Made by a program: the position numbers and the translations under genes | Assembly: GCA_025454795.1 (NCBI GenBank) | Contig: JALONT010000001.1 | Coordinates: 64,947 to 128,946 of the forward strand | DNA: 64,000 nt | Direction of reading: 5' to 3' | Source of the DNA: Bacteroidales bacterium | Lineage (GTDB): Bacteria > Bacteroidota > Bacteroidia > Bacteroidales > VadinHA17 | Notes under the pieces: model-generated | What the model was told of the DNA's origin: nothing | The model's input: the letters and a program-made list of their open reading frames with translations, nothing else | Database searches by the model: none | Part shown: piece by piece, positions 27,528-37,313 of the stretch | Position numbering within the stretch: the stretch's first letter is position 1 | How the letters are laid out: every line of letters starts with the position of its first letter

Positions 27528-28472
27528 TTAGTTATTGATTATATTATCAAGTGCTTCATGAAGGTTAATATAATTAAACTGAAAACCTGCCTTCATTATT
27601 TTTTCTGCAGAGACCCTTGTCCCTTTCAGAATTACAGATGACATCTCTCCGAAAATTGTCCTGAGAACAAAGGACGGAACAGGGAAACAGAGGCCGGAAC
27701 GGTTCATAACCCGGGCCAGAGTCTTCATGAACCTTAAATTTGTTGTTCCTTCTGGTGCAACAGCATTATATGCCCCGTTCATATTATCATCCTGAATTGC
27801 TTTAAGGTAAATTCTGCATAGGTCTGTAATATGAATCCAGGGCATATACTGACGACCGTTCCCAAATCGGGGAAAAATCCCTAATCTGGCGGGGATAAGC
27901 ATTCTTGCAAGAGCACTGTCGCTCTTTTCAAGTACAACAGCTGTCCTTATCCTGACTGAACGGGTACCTGATTTTTCAAACTTACAGGCAGCCTCCTCCC
28001 ATAACCTGCATGTTATTCCGAGAAAGTCGTCGGTGGGATGGTCATTTTCAGTCAATATCGTTTCTGAGGTGACGGAACCATAATATCCGACGGCAGAGGC
28101 TGAGATAAATGCCTTAAGGGGGATACTGTTTTCTGTAATGACTCTGTAAATCAATTGAGCCGAATCTACACGGCTTTTTCTTATCTCCTCCTTCCTTTTT
28201 TTCGTCCATCTTTTTTCTCCGATGTTGGCACCAGCCAGATGAATGATATAGTCAATACCCTCAAAAATTTCCGGGGCAACGATCTGTTTCCCGGGATCCC
28301 ACCTGAAGACCCTCACCCTTCCAAACTGATCCTGTTTTCTTGAAAGATGAGATACTTTATACCCTTCAGCCAGCAGCAATGAAGTCAGATATCTTCCTAC
28401 CAGACCGCTGCCGCCTGTAATCATGATTGATTTTTTGTTTTCAATAATGGCCATATGATTTATGAAATTCAT
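27528..28472 (-). CDS. TIGR01777/YfcH-like NAD-dependent epimerase family protein (SDR with DUF1731 C-terminus)
   Basis: 314 aa. ITGGSGLVGRYL Rossmann motif and C-terminal VSAEKIMKAGFQFNY. The start may be an internal Met. Confidence 0.8.
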   Translation of the reverse strand: MNFINHMAIIENKKSIMITGGSGLVGRYLTSLLLAEGYKVSHLSRKQDQFGRVRVFRWDPGKQIVAPEIFEGIDYIIHLAGANIGEKRWTKKRKEEIRKSRVDSAQLIYRVITENSIPLKAFISASAVGYYGSVTSETILTENDHPTDDFLGITCRLWEEAACKFEKSGTRSVRIRTAVVLEKSDSALARMLIPARLGIFPRFGNGRQYMPWIHITDLCRIYLKAIQDDNMNGAYNAVAPEGTTNLRFMKTLARVMNRSGLCFPVPSFVLRTIFGEMSSVILKGTRVSAEKIMKAGFQFNYINLHEALDNIINN

Positions 28473-28554
28473 TTAGCGCCCCTGTAAAATCATAAATTTA
28501 AAACAGTTCCGATATAATCCTTTATAAATCCATTAAAATATTTATAAAATGTTT

Positions 28555-28562
28555 TACTTTTG
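28555..28562 (+). promoter_or_regulatory. TAnnTTTG -7 promoter motif (TACTTTTG) upstream of the second PFK gene
   Basis: Lies 23 nt upstream of the ATG at 28585 and inside the longer track ORF (28549). This argues for 28585 as the true start. Confidence 0.45.
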
Positions 28563-28584
28563 GGGTCTTAAAAATAACAGGAAC

Positions 28585-29817
28585 ATGGCAACAACTAAAA
28601 AGCAAAACATTATGGTAAATGTGAAAAGAACTAAAGGAACTATTGCTATTCTGACAGGCGGAGGAGACGTTCCGGGGCTTAATCCTGCAATACGTGCAGT
28701 AACGATACGTGCAAACCGTGAAGGATATAATGTGATCGGCCTGCGCAGGGGATGGGCCGGCATTTCCGAATTGATAAGGGACAATAAATTCGACAACAGC
28801 AATAATTATATGCCTCTTACTGACGACATTGTCAATAAGGCAGGCCGAACAGGCGGCACTTTCCTTCATACATCAAGGACCCGGCCCAGCCACATGTCAA
28901 AGGCAAGCGTACCTGATCATCTCCAGGGAACTTATAATGCAGAAATGAACGACATTACTCCGGAGATAATTAAAAACCTTGAATGGCTTGGCGTTGATTA
29001 CCTGGTACCCATAGGCGGCGACGACACACTAAGTTACGGAGTACATCTGTACAAAAAGGGGGTTAAAGTTATTGCAATTCCAAAGACAATGGATAATGAT
29101 GTCCCCGGAACCGATTATTGTATCGGCTTCAGTACCTGTGTATCAAGAACCATACAGATGACAAACACCCTCAGGACCTCGGCAGGATCGCATGAAAGAA
29201 TTATGGTTCTTGAAGTGTTCGGACGTTATGCGGGATTTACTGCCATGCTTCCCACAATGGCCGGCTCGGCAAACAGATGTGTTATTCCGGAATATAAATT
29301 TGATATAGAATTACTTACAAAACTCCTTGTTGAAGACAGGAACCATAATCCCAGCAAGTACTCAATAGTGCTTGTCTCAGAGGGCGCAATGTTCAAAGGC
29401 GGGGAGATGATCTTCTCTGATGGCGAAAGAGATGCGTATGGACATGCAAAACTTGGAGGTATTGGTGATGTTGTTTCCCAGAAAATTAAAGATTTGTCCG
29501 GCAAATACAATGGCGGTAAAACTATAAATATCATTAACCAGAAACTCGGTTATATGGTCCGGGGCGGAGATCCTGATTCTCTTGATTCAATTGTCCCGAT
29601 GGCATATGGAAATCTTGCCCTTGACCTTATTCTGAAGGGTGTGCACGGAAGAATTGTGGTCCTTAAGAACGGCCGTTATGACAATGTTCCAATAGATGTG
29701 GTTACTTCATCGAAAAAAGTTGTAAAAGTTTCAGAACATTACAATATTGAAAGATTAAGGCCAATTTACCACAGTTTCGAGATGAAACCATTTCTTCTGA
29801 TGGCATCTGATAATTAA
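28585..29817 (+). CDS. pfp: 6-phosphofructokinase family, with a GGDD + PKTMDND signature (PPi-dependent type)
   Basis: ~410 aa from MATTKKQ. ILTGGGDVPGLNPAIR, PIGGDDTLS, IPKTMDNDV. Asp at the GGD(G/D) position and Lys before TxDND are the residues associated with pyrophosphate use. Confidence 0.8.
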   Translation: MATTKKQNIMVNVKRTKGTIAILTGGGDVPGLNPAIRAVTIRANREGYNVIGLRRGWAGISELIRDNKFDNSNNYMPLTDDIVNKAGRTGGTFLHTSRTRPSHMSKASVPDHLQGTYNAEMNDITPEIIKNLEWLGVDYLVPIGGDDTLSYGVHLYKKGVKVIAIPKTMDNDVPGTDYCIGFSTCVSRTIQMTNTLRTSAGSHERIMVLEVFGRYAGFTAMLPTMAGSANRCVIPEYKFDIELLTKLLVEDRNHNPSKYSIVLVSEGAMFKGGEMIFSDGERDAYGHAKLGGIGDVVSQKIKDLSGKYNGGKTINIINQKLGYMVRGGDPDSLDSIVPMAYGNLALDLILKGVHGRIVVLKNGRYDNVPIDVVTSSKKVVKVSEHYNIERLRPIYHSFEMKPFLLMASDN

Positions 29818-29849
29818 AATGTCAGGTAAAATTCACATTGAAATTATTT

Positions 29850-29877
29850 GTAGGGACGTTGCATGCAACGTCCCTAC
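29850..29877. terminator. 28-bp perfect palindrome GTAGGGACGTTGCATGCAACGTCCCTAC, 33 nt after the pfp stop
   Basis: Read directly. The reverse complement of the first 14 nt equals the last 14 nt. It can form a 12-bp stem with a 4-nt loop. No T-tract follows it directly. Confidence 0.6.
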
Positions 29878-29903
29878 GGTTTTATAAAATACTACGGATT
29901 ATA

Positions 29904-29911
29904 TAATTTTG
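29904..29911 (+). promoter_or_regulatory. TAnnTTTG -7 promoter motif (TAATTTTG) upstream of rsgA
   Basis: Lies 17 nt upstream of the TTG start at 29929. Confidence 0.45.
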
Positions 29912-29928
29912 TTGCATAATCTATCCTC

Positions 29929-30855
29929 TTGGAAAAAGGTCTTGTCATAAAATCCACCGGCAGTCGTTATAATGTCCTTTGCGATTCAGGAGAAATTATT
30001 AAATGCACCATTAAGGGTAAATTCAGGGTCCGGGATCTTAGAACCACAAATCCGGTAGCTGTCGGCGATAACATTTTATTCGAGTTTGAAAAGGGAGGAA
30101 AATCAGGGATTATCACGGAAGTTCTTGACCGGAAGAATTATATTCTCCGGAAAGCTTCAAACCTGTCAAAGGAAACACAGATACTGGCGGCAAACATCGA
30201 TAATGTTTACCTGATGATATCAATCATCCTTCCGGAAACACCAGTCGAATTCATTGACAGATTCATGATAACTGCAGAAGCGTATCGCATACCGGCAGGC
30301 ATAATTATCAATAAGACCGATCTGTACGGGGCAGCAGAAACAGAAAGGATGGAATCCCTTATTTCTCTTTACAGTAAGATCGGATATGAATGCATCAGGC
30401 TTTCTCTTAAAGAGAAATCCGGAATAGAGATTCTGAGAGATAGAATGAAAAACAGGATCAATCTTCTTTCCGGCAATTCAGGAGTTGGAAAGACTTCACT
30501 TATAAATGAATTGAATCCTTCGTTGAATCTTAAAACAGAAAAAATTTCTGATTACCATAAACAGGGGAAACATATAACCACATTCCCGGAAATGCACAAA
30601 ATACCTTCAGGCGGTTATATTATTGACTCCCCGGGGATAAGAGGTTTTGGTGTGGTAAATATGGACAGAAATGAGATCTACCACTTTTTTCCTGAGATCT
30701 TCAGAACATCAAAAGATTGCCGGTTTTACAATTGCCTTCATCTTGATGAGCCGGGATGTGCAGTCAGGAGTGCTGTTGAAACAGGAGAGATAGATCCTCT
30801 GAGATACAGAAGTTACCTGAATATTATCGGTGACGACAACCGTAAATACCGTTAA
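29929..30855 (+). CDS. rsgA: ribosome small-subunit-dependent GTPase A
   Basis: 308 aa with an apparent TTG start. OB-fold N-terminus (GLVIKSTGS), INKTDL, GNSGVGKTSLIN, and a zinc knuckle CRFYNCLHLDEPGCAV. Confidence 0.9.
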   Translation: MEKGLVIKSTGSRYNVLCDSGEIIKCTIKGKFRVRDLRTTNPVAVGDNILFEFEKGGKSGIITEVLDRKNYILRKASNLSKETQILAANIDNVYLMISIILPETPVEFIDRFMITAEAYRIPAGIIINKTDLYGAAETERMESLISLYSKIGYECIRLSLKEKSGIEILRDRMKNRINLLSGNSGVGKTSLINELNPSLNLKTEKISDYHKQGKHITTFPEMHKIPSGGYIIDSPGIRGFGVVNMDRNEIYHFFPEIFRTSKDCRFYNCLHLDEPGCAVRSAVETGEIDPLRYRSYLNIIGDDNRKYR

Positions 30856-30922
30856 GATTAATGGGCTGATTTATGATTTAACCTTATCTTTATAATCTTA
30901 GACAGCCAAATATTATTCACAA

Positions 30923-33739
30923 ATGAAAAGGATTTTGATTCTTGTATATTCAGCATTTATTGTGATAGTGCTGGCTAATCTTATTTATTATAAAAACCTG
31001 TATAATAATCAGATAAATTATATTACCACATTGCTCGACCGACAGGTTCAGATCGTCGGCCTGTCTGTCGATCAGACAAACAACCAGTTTATAAGCGACC
31101 TGAATGAAATTGCTTTTTCTGAAGACCTTGCAGAGTTCTTTACCAATCCGCAGAGTCAGGCAAGAGAGAAAATAAAACTATTCTTTTCAAAGTACCAGAA
31201 TTTTATCACCGGGATAAAGCTTTATGACAATAAAAAGAATGAGTTTACTTTGAAGAGGGATGAACCAGGCGAAGGTTGGCTCGAGCAGCAATTTATCCTT
31301 CATATTCAGGGCGAGATCTATAATATGGAACAACTGGTTCAGGCAAACAGGAAATTTGATTATTACCTGCCTGTGCTGAAGAATAATGTTACTGTCGGCA
31401 ATATTGTGGTTACTGTAGATTTTCAGAAATACTTTCATGAAATATTCTCGGTTTTTAACCTGAAGGATTACCAGTGGCAATGGGTTATAAGTGATTCCGG
31501 CCAATTAATTTATGATAATGTTGACAGCAAGGTTTCTTATGAACAGATAGATCAGATAATATCTGCACTCGAAAGCGGTTCTATAGAAAATATGGTTCAC
31601 AAAGCGGAAATTGACGGAAAAACAGCGGAGATAATTTCGTCCTACTATTCCACACAACTCCTCCAGAGGAACCTCAGCCTTATCTTCTCGGCGCCTACGG
31701 ATTTCTTTCAGAAGTATATAATCAGAAATTCGATTTTCATCGTTGCAGGAACCCTGCTGCTTATCCAGTTGATCATTTTTCTTTTCTGGAAATACCTCAA
31801 TTCGCAGAGATCTGAAAATAAAAAGCTCAGTGAATCTGAAAAAATGCTTTTCAAGCTGATTGAGGAAATGCCGGTAGGATTGATTATTTATAACCGGAAC
31901 CGTGAGATTATCAAAGCCAATAATATTGCTGCCAGACAATATTCATATTCGGGCGAGGCTGAAATGAGGGGAAAGATCTTTCCTGAAACATCTTTACCGG
32001 AAGTAAGCGATTACTTTTCAAAGAATCTGGGAGGAGCTTTTAATCCCGATCAGTTTGTAATAATCAGGAAAGAAATAGGTGAAATTGTACTTTACAGGAA
32101 CTCTATTCCTGTCACTTTTATGGGCGAAGAGGCCTGCATGGAGATCCTTATCGATGTGACAATGCTTGAATCAGCAAGAAAACAGGCAGCAAAAGCAAAT
32201 GTCGCCAAATCAGAGTTTCTTGCAAGAATGAGTTATGAGATCCGGACACCGCTGAACGGGATAATCGGTATGACTGATATTCTTAATAAAAACGACTTAT
32301 CCACAGAAGTTAAAGATATTATCGGTCTGTTAAGAAGGTCGACAGAGGTTCTTCTGAGGATCATCAATGACATCCTCGATTTTTCAAAAATTGAAACAGG
32401 TAAAATGATCCTTGACGAAGTTCCGTTCAATCTTCGGGAGGAGATAACCTACTGTGCTGATCTGGCTAAAACCTATATTACTGATAAGGATGTCGTTTTT
32501 TCATGCCTGGTTTATGAAAATGTACCGAAAAATATAATTGCAGATCCGTCCAGACTGAGGCAGATACTTACAAACCTTATTAATCATTCTGCCTATAACA
32601 CTGAAAAAGGCGAAATAAGATTAAGCTGCAGGCTGAAGAATAACAAAGATGGGATAATTATTCTTGAGTTTGAATTGTCAGACACCGGATTAAGCTTTGA
32701 TAAGGCAAATCTGAAAAAGATCTTTGGTGATTTTATTAATATTGATTCAAAAGCGGTAAAGAGCAACGATGAATCTGGTTTCTGGACTATTCTTGCACGG
32801 CAGCTTGTTGAAATAATGGGAGGCGAACTCACAGCTGAAAGCCCCTCAGGATTAGCTGGCGAAAAAGGCACAAAAATAGTGTTCACCATACAGGCTTACT
32901 CCAACGACCGGGTCACTAAAAGTCTGAACCATGAGAAGATCACTTCGTTTGACAAAATAAAGACCCTTGTAATAACAGGCACTCTCGGCAGAGATGAGGA
33001 AATACTCAATTTTCTTCACAAACTGGAGCTGAATGTATCTGTTACTACATTCCAGAAATCAACAATGGGACAGATTAAAGCAAATTTGAATTTTCCTGAC
33101 GACAAGTATAACCTGATCATAATAACTGATGATAAGGATTTTAACGGATTTGAAGCAGCCAGTGCGATCTGGGAAAATAACCTGTCGGCAAAAGTCGCAT
33201 TATTGATGATAAGCTCCAATGACCAGAAAGGTAATTATATGAAATGCATTACTTTGGGAATTGATCATTATCTGGTCAGGCCTTTCATCATAAGTGATCT
33301 TGCAGCTGCAATTCATAACTGTTTCCCCTGCATTGAAAAAGGTATATCATCATTTGATCTGAACAACATTCAGGATGATGTCAGAATTCTGATAGTCGAA
33401 GATAACAAAATGAACCAGAAGGTGATAGGCACGATGCTAACAACTCTGGGTTATTCCAGCGATTTTGCCAACGATGGTTATGATGGATTTCTTCAGGCAA
33501 AAAATAAGAAATACGACCTGATTTTTATGGATCTGATTATGCCGGAGATGAACGGTTTTGATTCTGCCCGAAAGATACTGGCAATCGATAAAACTGTTCT
33601 GATCGTTGCATTTACTGCTGATAATATGCCAGATGCAAGAAAAAAAGCCGAATTGTCAGGGATCAGGGAGTTTATTGCCAAACCTGTGAGAATAGAAGAT
33701 CTGAAAAAGCTCTTTACAAAGTATTTCGAAAAGAAATAG
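30923..33739 (+). CDS. hybrid sensor kinase-like protein with a degenerate HisKA/HATPase core, a degenerate internal receiver and an intact C-terminal receiver
   Basis: 938 aa. Order of parts: N-terminal TM, extracytoplasmic sensor region, second TM, PAS-like segment, H-box-like [15 protein letters not shown], HATPase-like region, and a C-terminal REC (ILIVEDNK...[12 protein letters not shown]...FTAD...AKP). Confidence 0.85.
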   Translation: MKRILILVYSAFIVIVLANLIYYKNLYNNQINYITTLLDRQVQIVGLSVDQTNNQFISDLNEIAFSEDLAEFFTNPQSQAREKIKLFFSKYQNFITGIKLYDNKKNEFTLKRDEPGEGWLEQQFILHIQGEIYNMEQLVQANRKFDYYLPVLKNNVTVGNIVVTVDFQKYFHEIFSVFNLKDYQWQWVISDSGQLIYDNVDSKVSYEQIDQIISALESGSIENMVHKAEIDGKTAEIISSYYSTQLLQRNLSLIFSAPTDFFQKYIIRNSIFIVAGTLLLIQLIIFLFWKYLNSQRSENKKLSESEKMLFKLIEEMPVGLIIYNRNREIIKANNIAARQYSYSGEAEMRGKIFPETSLPEVSDYFSKNLGGAFNPDQFVIIRKEIGEIVLYRNSIPVTFMGEEACMEILIDVTMLESARKQAAKANVAKSEFLARMSYEIRTPLNGIIGMTDILNKNDLSTEVKDIIGLLRRSTEVLLRIINDILDFSKIETGKMILDEVPFNLREEITYCADLAKTYITDKDVVFSCLVYENVPKNIIADPSRLRQILTNLINHSAYNTEKGEIRLSCRLKNNKDGIIILEFELSDTGLSFDKANLKKIFGDFINIDSKAVKSNDESGFWTILARQLVEIMGGELTAESPSGLAGEKGTKIVFTIQAYSNDRVTKSLNHEKITSFDKIKTLVITGTLGRDEEILNFLHKLELNVSVTTFQKSTMGQIKANLNFPDDKYNLIIITDDKDFNGFEAASAIWENNLSAKVALLMISSNDQKGNYMKCITLGIDHYLVRPFIISDLAAAIHNCFPCIEKGISSFDLNNIQDDVRILIVEDNKMNQKVIGTMLTTLGYSSDFANDGYDGFLQAKNKKYDLIFMDLIMPEMNGFDSARKILAIDKTVLIVAFTADNMPDARKKAELSGIREFIAKPVRIEDLKKLFTKYFEKK

Positions 33740-33796
33740 TTCTGCAAAATAACGGCAAAAGGCACTAAGTCCCTTTTACCTATAGCCTTCAAATCA

Positions 33797-34828
33797 TTGA
33801 ATAAAATTGATATTATAAGATTTCTGGAGCTGGCGGAAAGCTTCCCGGTTATTGATGTAAGATCCCCCGCTGAATATAATAGGGGACATATCCCGGGGGC
33901 TTTCAATATTCCTCTCTTTGACGACAGGGAAAGGGAAGCCGTGGGGATTGAATATAAAAATGAAGGAAGAAACAAAGCGATTATCAAAGGTCTTGAGCTT
34001 ACAGGCTCTTCAATGCATCTGAAGCTGCAGGAGGCTCTTAAAATAAACACAAAAGGAAAAATACTTGCGTATTGCTGGCGCGGGGGAATGAGATCGGAAG
34101 CGATGGCATGGTTATTTTCGCTTGGAGATATAAAGACAGAAGTCCTTGAAGGAGGATATAAAACTTACCGGCATCATGTTCTTGCAAGCCTTGCTGAAAA
34201 GCGAAAGACAATCATTCTTGGCGGAATGACGGGGAGCAGTAAAACACATATCCTGGGACATATAAAAAAGATTGGTAAGCAGGTAATCGACCTGGAAAGT
34301 CTTGCAAATCATAAAGGTTCAGCATTCGGAGCAATTGGACAGGAGCCACAACCCTCTTCGGAACACTTTGAAAATCTTTTGTTCGGGGAATGGGAGGATA
34401 TTGACATCCGGTATCCTCTCTGGCTGGAAGATGAGAGTAAAAATATAGGTTCTGTTTTTTTACCGGATGCTTTTTATTTTAATATGCAGGAGTCCCCGAC
34501 AATAATCCTCCTGATGGAAATCGAAAAGAGGCTACCCAGACTTCTCGAGGAATATTCAACATACTCACCGGATCTGCTGAAAGTGTCAATAACGAAAATT
34601 AGTAAAAGGATTGGAGGAGATGATACAAAAGAGGCCCTGGATGCTATCGATACCGGCAATTTTACCAGAGCAATTGAAATAGCACTGAGGTATTACGACA
34701 AAGCTTATAAATTTGCAATCACCAGGAAACGTTCCGGAAAGATAATTTATGTCGAAACTGACACTGACAATATTGAAAAAAATGCAGTTAAGGTGCTTGA
34801 AGCAGCAGAAAAAATAACCTGGCGATAA
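33797..34828 (+). CDS. selU: tRNA 2-selenouridine synthase
   Basis: 343 aa with an apparent TTG start. Rhodanese domain (IDVRSPAEYNRGHIPGAFNIPLF, active-site CWRGGMRS) followed by the P-loop GGMTGSSKT. Confidence 0.85.
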   Translation: MNKIDIIRFLELAESFPVIDVRSPAEYNRGHIPGAFNIPLFDDREREAVGIEYKNEGRNKAIIKGLELTGSSMHLKLQEALKINTKGKILAYCWRGGMRSEAMAWLFSLGDIKTEVLEGGYKTYRHHVLASLAEKRKTIILGGMTGSSKTHILGHIKKIGKQVIDLESLANHKGSAFGAIGQEPQPSSEHFENLLFGEWEDIDIRYPLWLEDESKNIGSVFLPDAFYFNMQESPTIILLMEIEKRLPRLLEEYSTYSPDLLKVSITKISKRIGGDDTKEALDAIDTGNFTRAIEIALRYYDKAYKFAITRKRSGKIIYVETDTDNIEKNAVKVLEAAEKITWR

Positions 34829-34835
34829 GCCTTAT

Positions 34836-36092
34836 TCAATGATCCTTAATATCCTCGGTTCGGACCCATTTATAGACTTTATCAGACCTTCTTAGAAGAT
34901 CATCGGTTTTAATTGAGCAAAGCTCTCCCTTAAGTGCTTTTTCTGTCTCTTTAAGATCAACTCTGATTTCACCAACGGTATACTCAACAACCCCGGTGGT
35001 GGGTCCAATTATCAGAATATTATCCCCCTTGCAAAGATCACCGTTCTCAACCTTTATCTCTGCCACATTCAGCTTAGTAAAAAAATTGGTGATTTTGCCA
35101 AGGTAGACTTTTCTTCTTGTGGCACTTGAACCATACCGGGTATTCCATTCTCCCATTTTCTGGCCGAGATAATAACCATCCCAGAATCCCCTGTTGAATA
35201 CTTCAGATAGTCTGTCCCTCCATGCATCAATCTTTTCGTCTGTATAGGTTCCGTCAAGAACTGCGGTTACAGCTTCACTGTAGCAGGAAGATACAACTTT
35301 TACATATTCTGCAGAACGTGCTCGGCCTTCAATTTTAAATACCCTGGCTCCTGCTTCAATCAGCTTATCTACAAATCCGATTGTGCACAAATCCTTCGGC
35401 GACATGATGAATTCATTATCGATTTCAAGTTCATATCCCGATTCTTTTTCAGTTACGATATACGATTTACGGCAAGTCTGATAGCAATTGCCGCGGTTAG
35501 CAGAAGTATTGTTTTCATGCAGACTCAGGTAGCATTTCCCCGAGATTGCCATACAAAGAGCACCATGGGCAAACATCTCAATCCTGATAAGCCTTCCCCC
35601 CGGTCCTCTGATATCCTGTTCCCGGATAGTATCATGGATAAATCTTACCTGATCAAGAGTCAGCTCCCGTGCAAGAACCACAACATCAGCCCATTGGGAA
35701 TAGAATTTAAGAGCCTCGGAATTGGAAATATTAAGCTGTGTCGAAATATGAATCTCAATACCTGACTTGAAGGCATAGGTTATTGCCGAAAGATCCGAAG
35801 CAATGATAGCCGTAATTCCGCTTTCAGCTGCAGTATCTATGATCTTATGCATCTTGCTGATCTCCTGGTCGTAAACAACAACATTAACTGTAAGATAGCT
35901 TTTCAGCCTGTTCTCTTTACAGATTGATGCAATATTCCTGAGATCATCAAGTGAAAAATTATTTGAAGAGCCCGCCCTCATATTTAGCTGCCCTACCCCG
36001 AAATAGACAGAATCGGCACCACCCTGAATAGCCGCACTCAGCGATTCATATGATCCTGCCGGAGCCATAATCTCGATATCTTCTCTCTTCAT
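34836..36092 (-). CDS. U32 family peptidase-like protein (PrtC/YegQ/YdcP family)
   Basis: EIMAPAGSYESLSAAIQGGADSVYFGV is the hallmark U32 N-terminus. I prefer the Met at 36092 (MKREDIEIMAP). The track start at 36134 would overlap the upstream kinase gene by 4 nt. Confidence 0.85.
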   Translation of the reverse strand: MKREDIEIMAPAGSYESLSAAIQGGADSVYFGVGQLNMRAGSSNNFSLDDLRNIASICKENRLKSYLTVNVVVYDQEISKMHKIIDTAAESGITAIIASDLSAITYAFKSGIEIHISTQLNISNSEALKFYSQWADVVVLARELTLDQVRFIHDTIREQDIRGPGGRLIRIEMFAHGALCMAISGKCYLSLHENNTSANRGNCYQTCRKSYIVTEKESGYELEIDNEFIMSPKDLCTIGFVDKLIEAGARVFKIEGRARSAEYVKVVSSCYSEAVTAVLDGTYTDEKIDAWRDRLSEVFNRGFWDGYYLGQKMGEWNTRYGSSATRRKVYLGKITNFFTKLNVAEIKVENGDLCKGDNILIIGPTTGVVEYTVGEIRVDLKETEKALKGELCSIKTDDLLRRSDKVYKWVRTEDIKDH

Positions 36093-36130
36093 TATCCGGA
36101 GTTTGAGGGCTGCAAATATAGGAATTCCTG

Positions 36131-37282
36131 TCAATTCCTGTTCAATACTATCCTTATGCAGGATCCTTTTCCTATTTCAGAATGCCGGACATATATGTGT
36201 CCGCGATGGAACTCTTCTACTATTCTTTTTGCAAGAGAAAGTCCGAGCCCCCATCCTCTCTGTTTGGTTGTATAACCAGGGCTGAATATCTTCTTGAAAG
36301 CATTTTTGGGGATTCCCCTGCCTGTATCTGAAATATCCAGGAATATGTTTTTTTCAGTTTCAAAAATATGATAATTTAACTCACCATTACCCTCCATGGC
36401 GTCAATAGCGTTTTTCGAGATATTTTCTATAACCCATTCAAAAAGAGCTGCATTTACTTTAATAATAGTTTCTTTAGAACTGTCGAAATCTGATTTGAAC
36501 CTGATCTTTGATGATGTTCTTGATCTGAGATATTCAATTGTACGGGAAATTATAGCAACAATATTTTCATCTGCCAGTGCAGGCTTTGTACCTATCCTTG
36601 AAAATCTCTCAGTGATCTTTTCCAGTCTTTCAACATCAAGTGCAATCTCACGGGTAACTGTTAGTTCAGGATACTTGTTAAGCAATATCTCCACCCATCC
36701 GGCAAGTGATGATGTTGGTGTACCAAGCTGATGTGCAGTCTCTTTAGACATGCTTACCCATACCTGGTTATCAGCTGCCTTCCTTGAAGAACTAAAGGCC
36801 AGATAAGCAACAAGGATGAATAGTATGATTATCCCGAGCTGAACAAAAGGATAATAATTAAGCTGAGTAAGTATAATACTGTCTTTGTAATAGATAAGGT
36901 TTGTAAATCCGGCTCCGAAATCAATAACAATAGGAGTGTTTTTCTTTTTGATTTTATTAAGCTGAGCAACAATATAATACGGATCCCGCATCCGCGTTTC
37001 ATCGAAGTTTCCAGAGCTTATTATATTATTATATCCATCAGTAAGTATCACAGGGATTGTATTGTTATTCTCAATTATTGATGACAGGAATTCGATATTC
37101 TGACTTGAATCCGGAGAAGAGATCAGCCTGGTAGCTTCAGCCCAGAGTTCAACTTTTTTTCTCTCCTCAGTTTTAAGAATGCCTACGAGGTACCGTGTAT
37201 AAATAAGAGAACCAAGTCCTGTCAGAATCGCAAACAGGAAGAGAAAAAGCATCCAGAGAGTTTTATTCCGGTAGTTATTCAA
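36131..37282 (-). CDS. sensor histidine kinase with no adjacent response regulator
   Basis: 383 aa with two TM segments. H-box ETAHQLGTPTSSL, N-box ENISKNAIDAM, G1 DTGRGI, G2 GWGLGLSLAKRIV. Confidence 0.8.
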   Translation of the reverse strand: MNNYRNKTLWMLFLFLFAILTGLGSLIYTRYLVGILKTEERKKVELWAEATRLISSPDSSQNIEFLSSIIENNNTIPVILTDGYNNIISSGNFDETRMRDPYYIVAQLNKIKKKNTPIVIDFGAGFTNLIYYKDSIILTQLNYYPFVQLGIIILFILVAYLAFSSSRKAADNQVWVSMSKETAHQLGTPTSSLAGWVEILLNKYPELTVTREIALDVERLEKITERFSRIGTKPALADENIVAIISRTIEYLRSRTSSKIRFKSDFDSSKETIIKVNAALFEWVIENISKNAIDAMEGNGELNYHIFETEKNIFLDISDTGRGIPKNAFKKIFSPGYTTKQRGWGLGLSLAKRIVEEFHRGHIYVRHSEIGKGSCIRIVLNRN

Positions 37283-37313
37283 GGCACTGGAATTAAGGGG
37301 ATTAAGGTAACTA

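Noticed and set aside
28549-28584. Upstream ATG extension of the second PFK gene (MFYFWGLKNNRN...)
   Set aside because: The TAnnTTTG promoter motif (28555-28562) lies inside the extension, and the extension is not PFK-like. The ATG at 28585 gives a normal N-terminus before the GGGD motif.
33493-34050. 185-aa minus-strand ORF spanning the end of the hybrid kinase gene and the start of selU
   Set aside because: It crosses an intergenic region and two well-supported plus-strand genes. The sequence is low-complexity (S/I/L/F) with no motifs.
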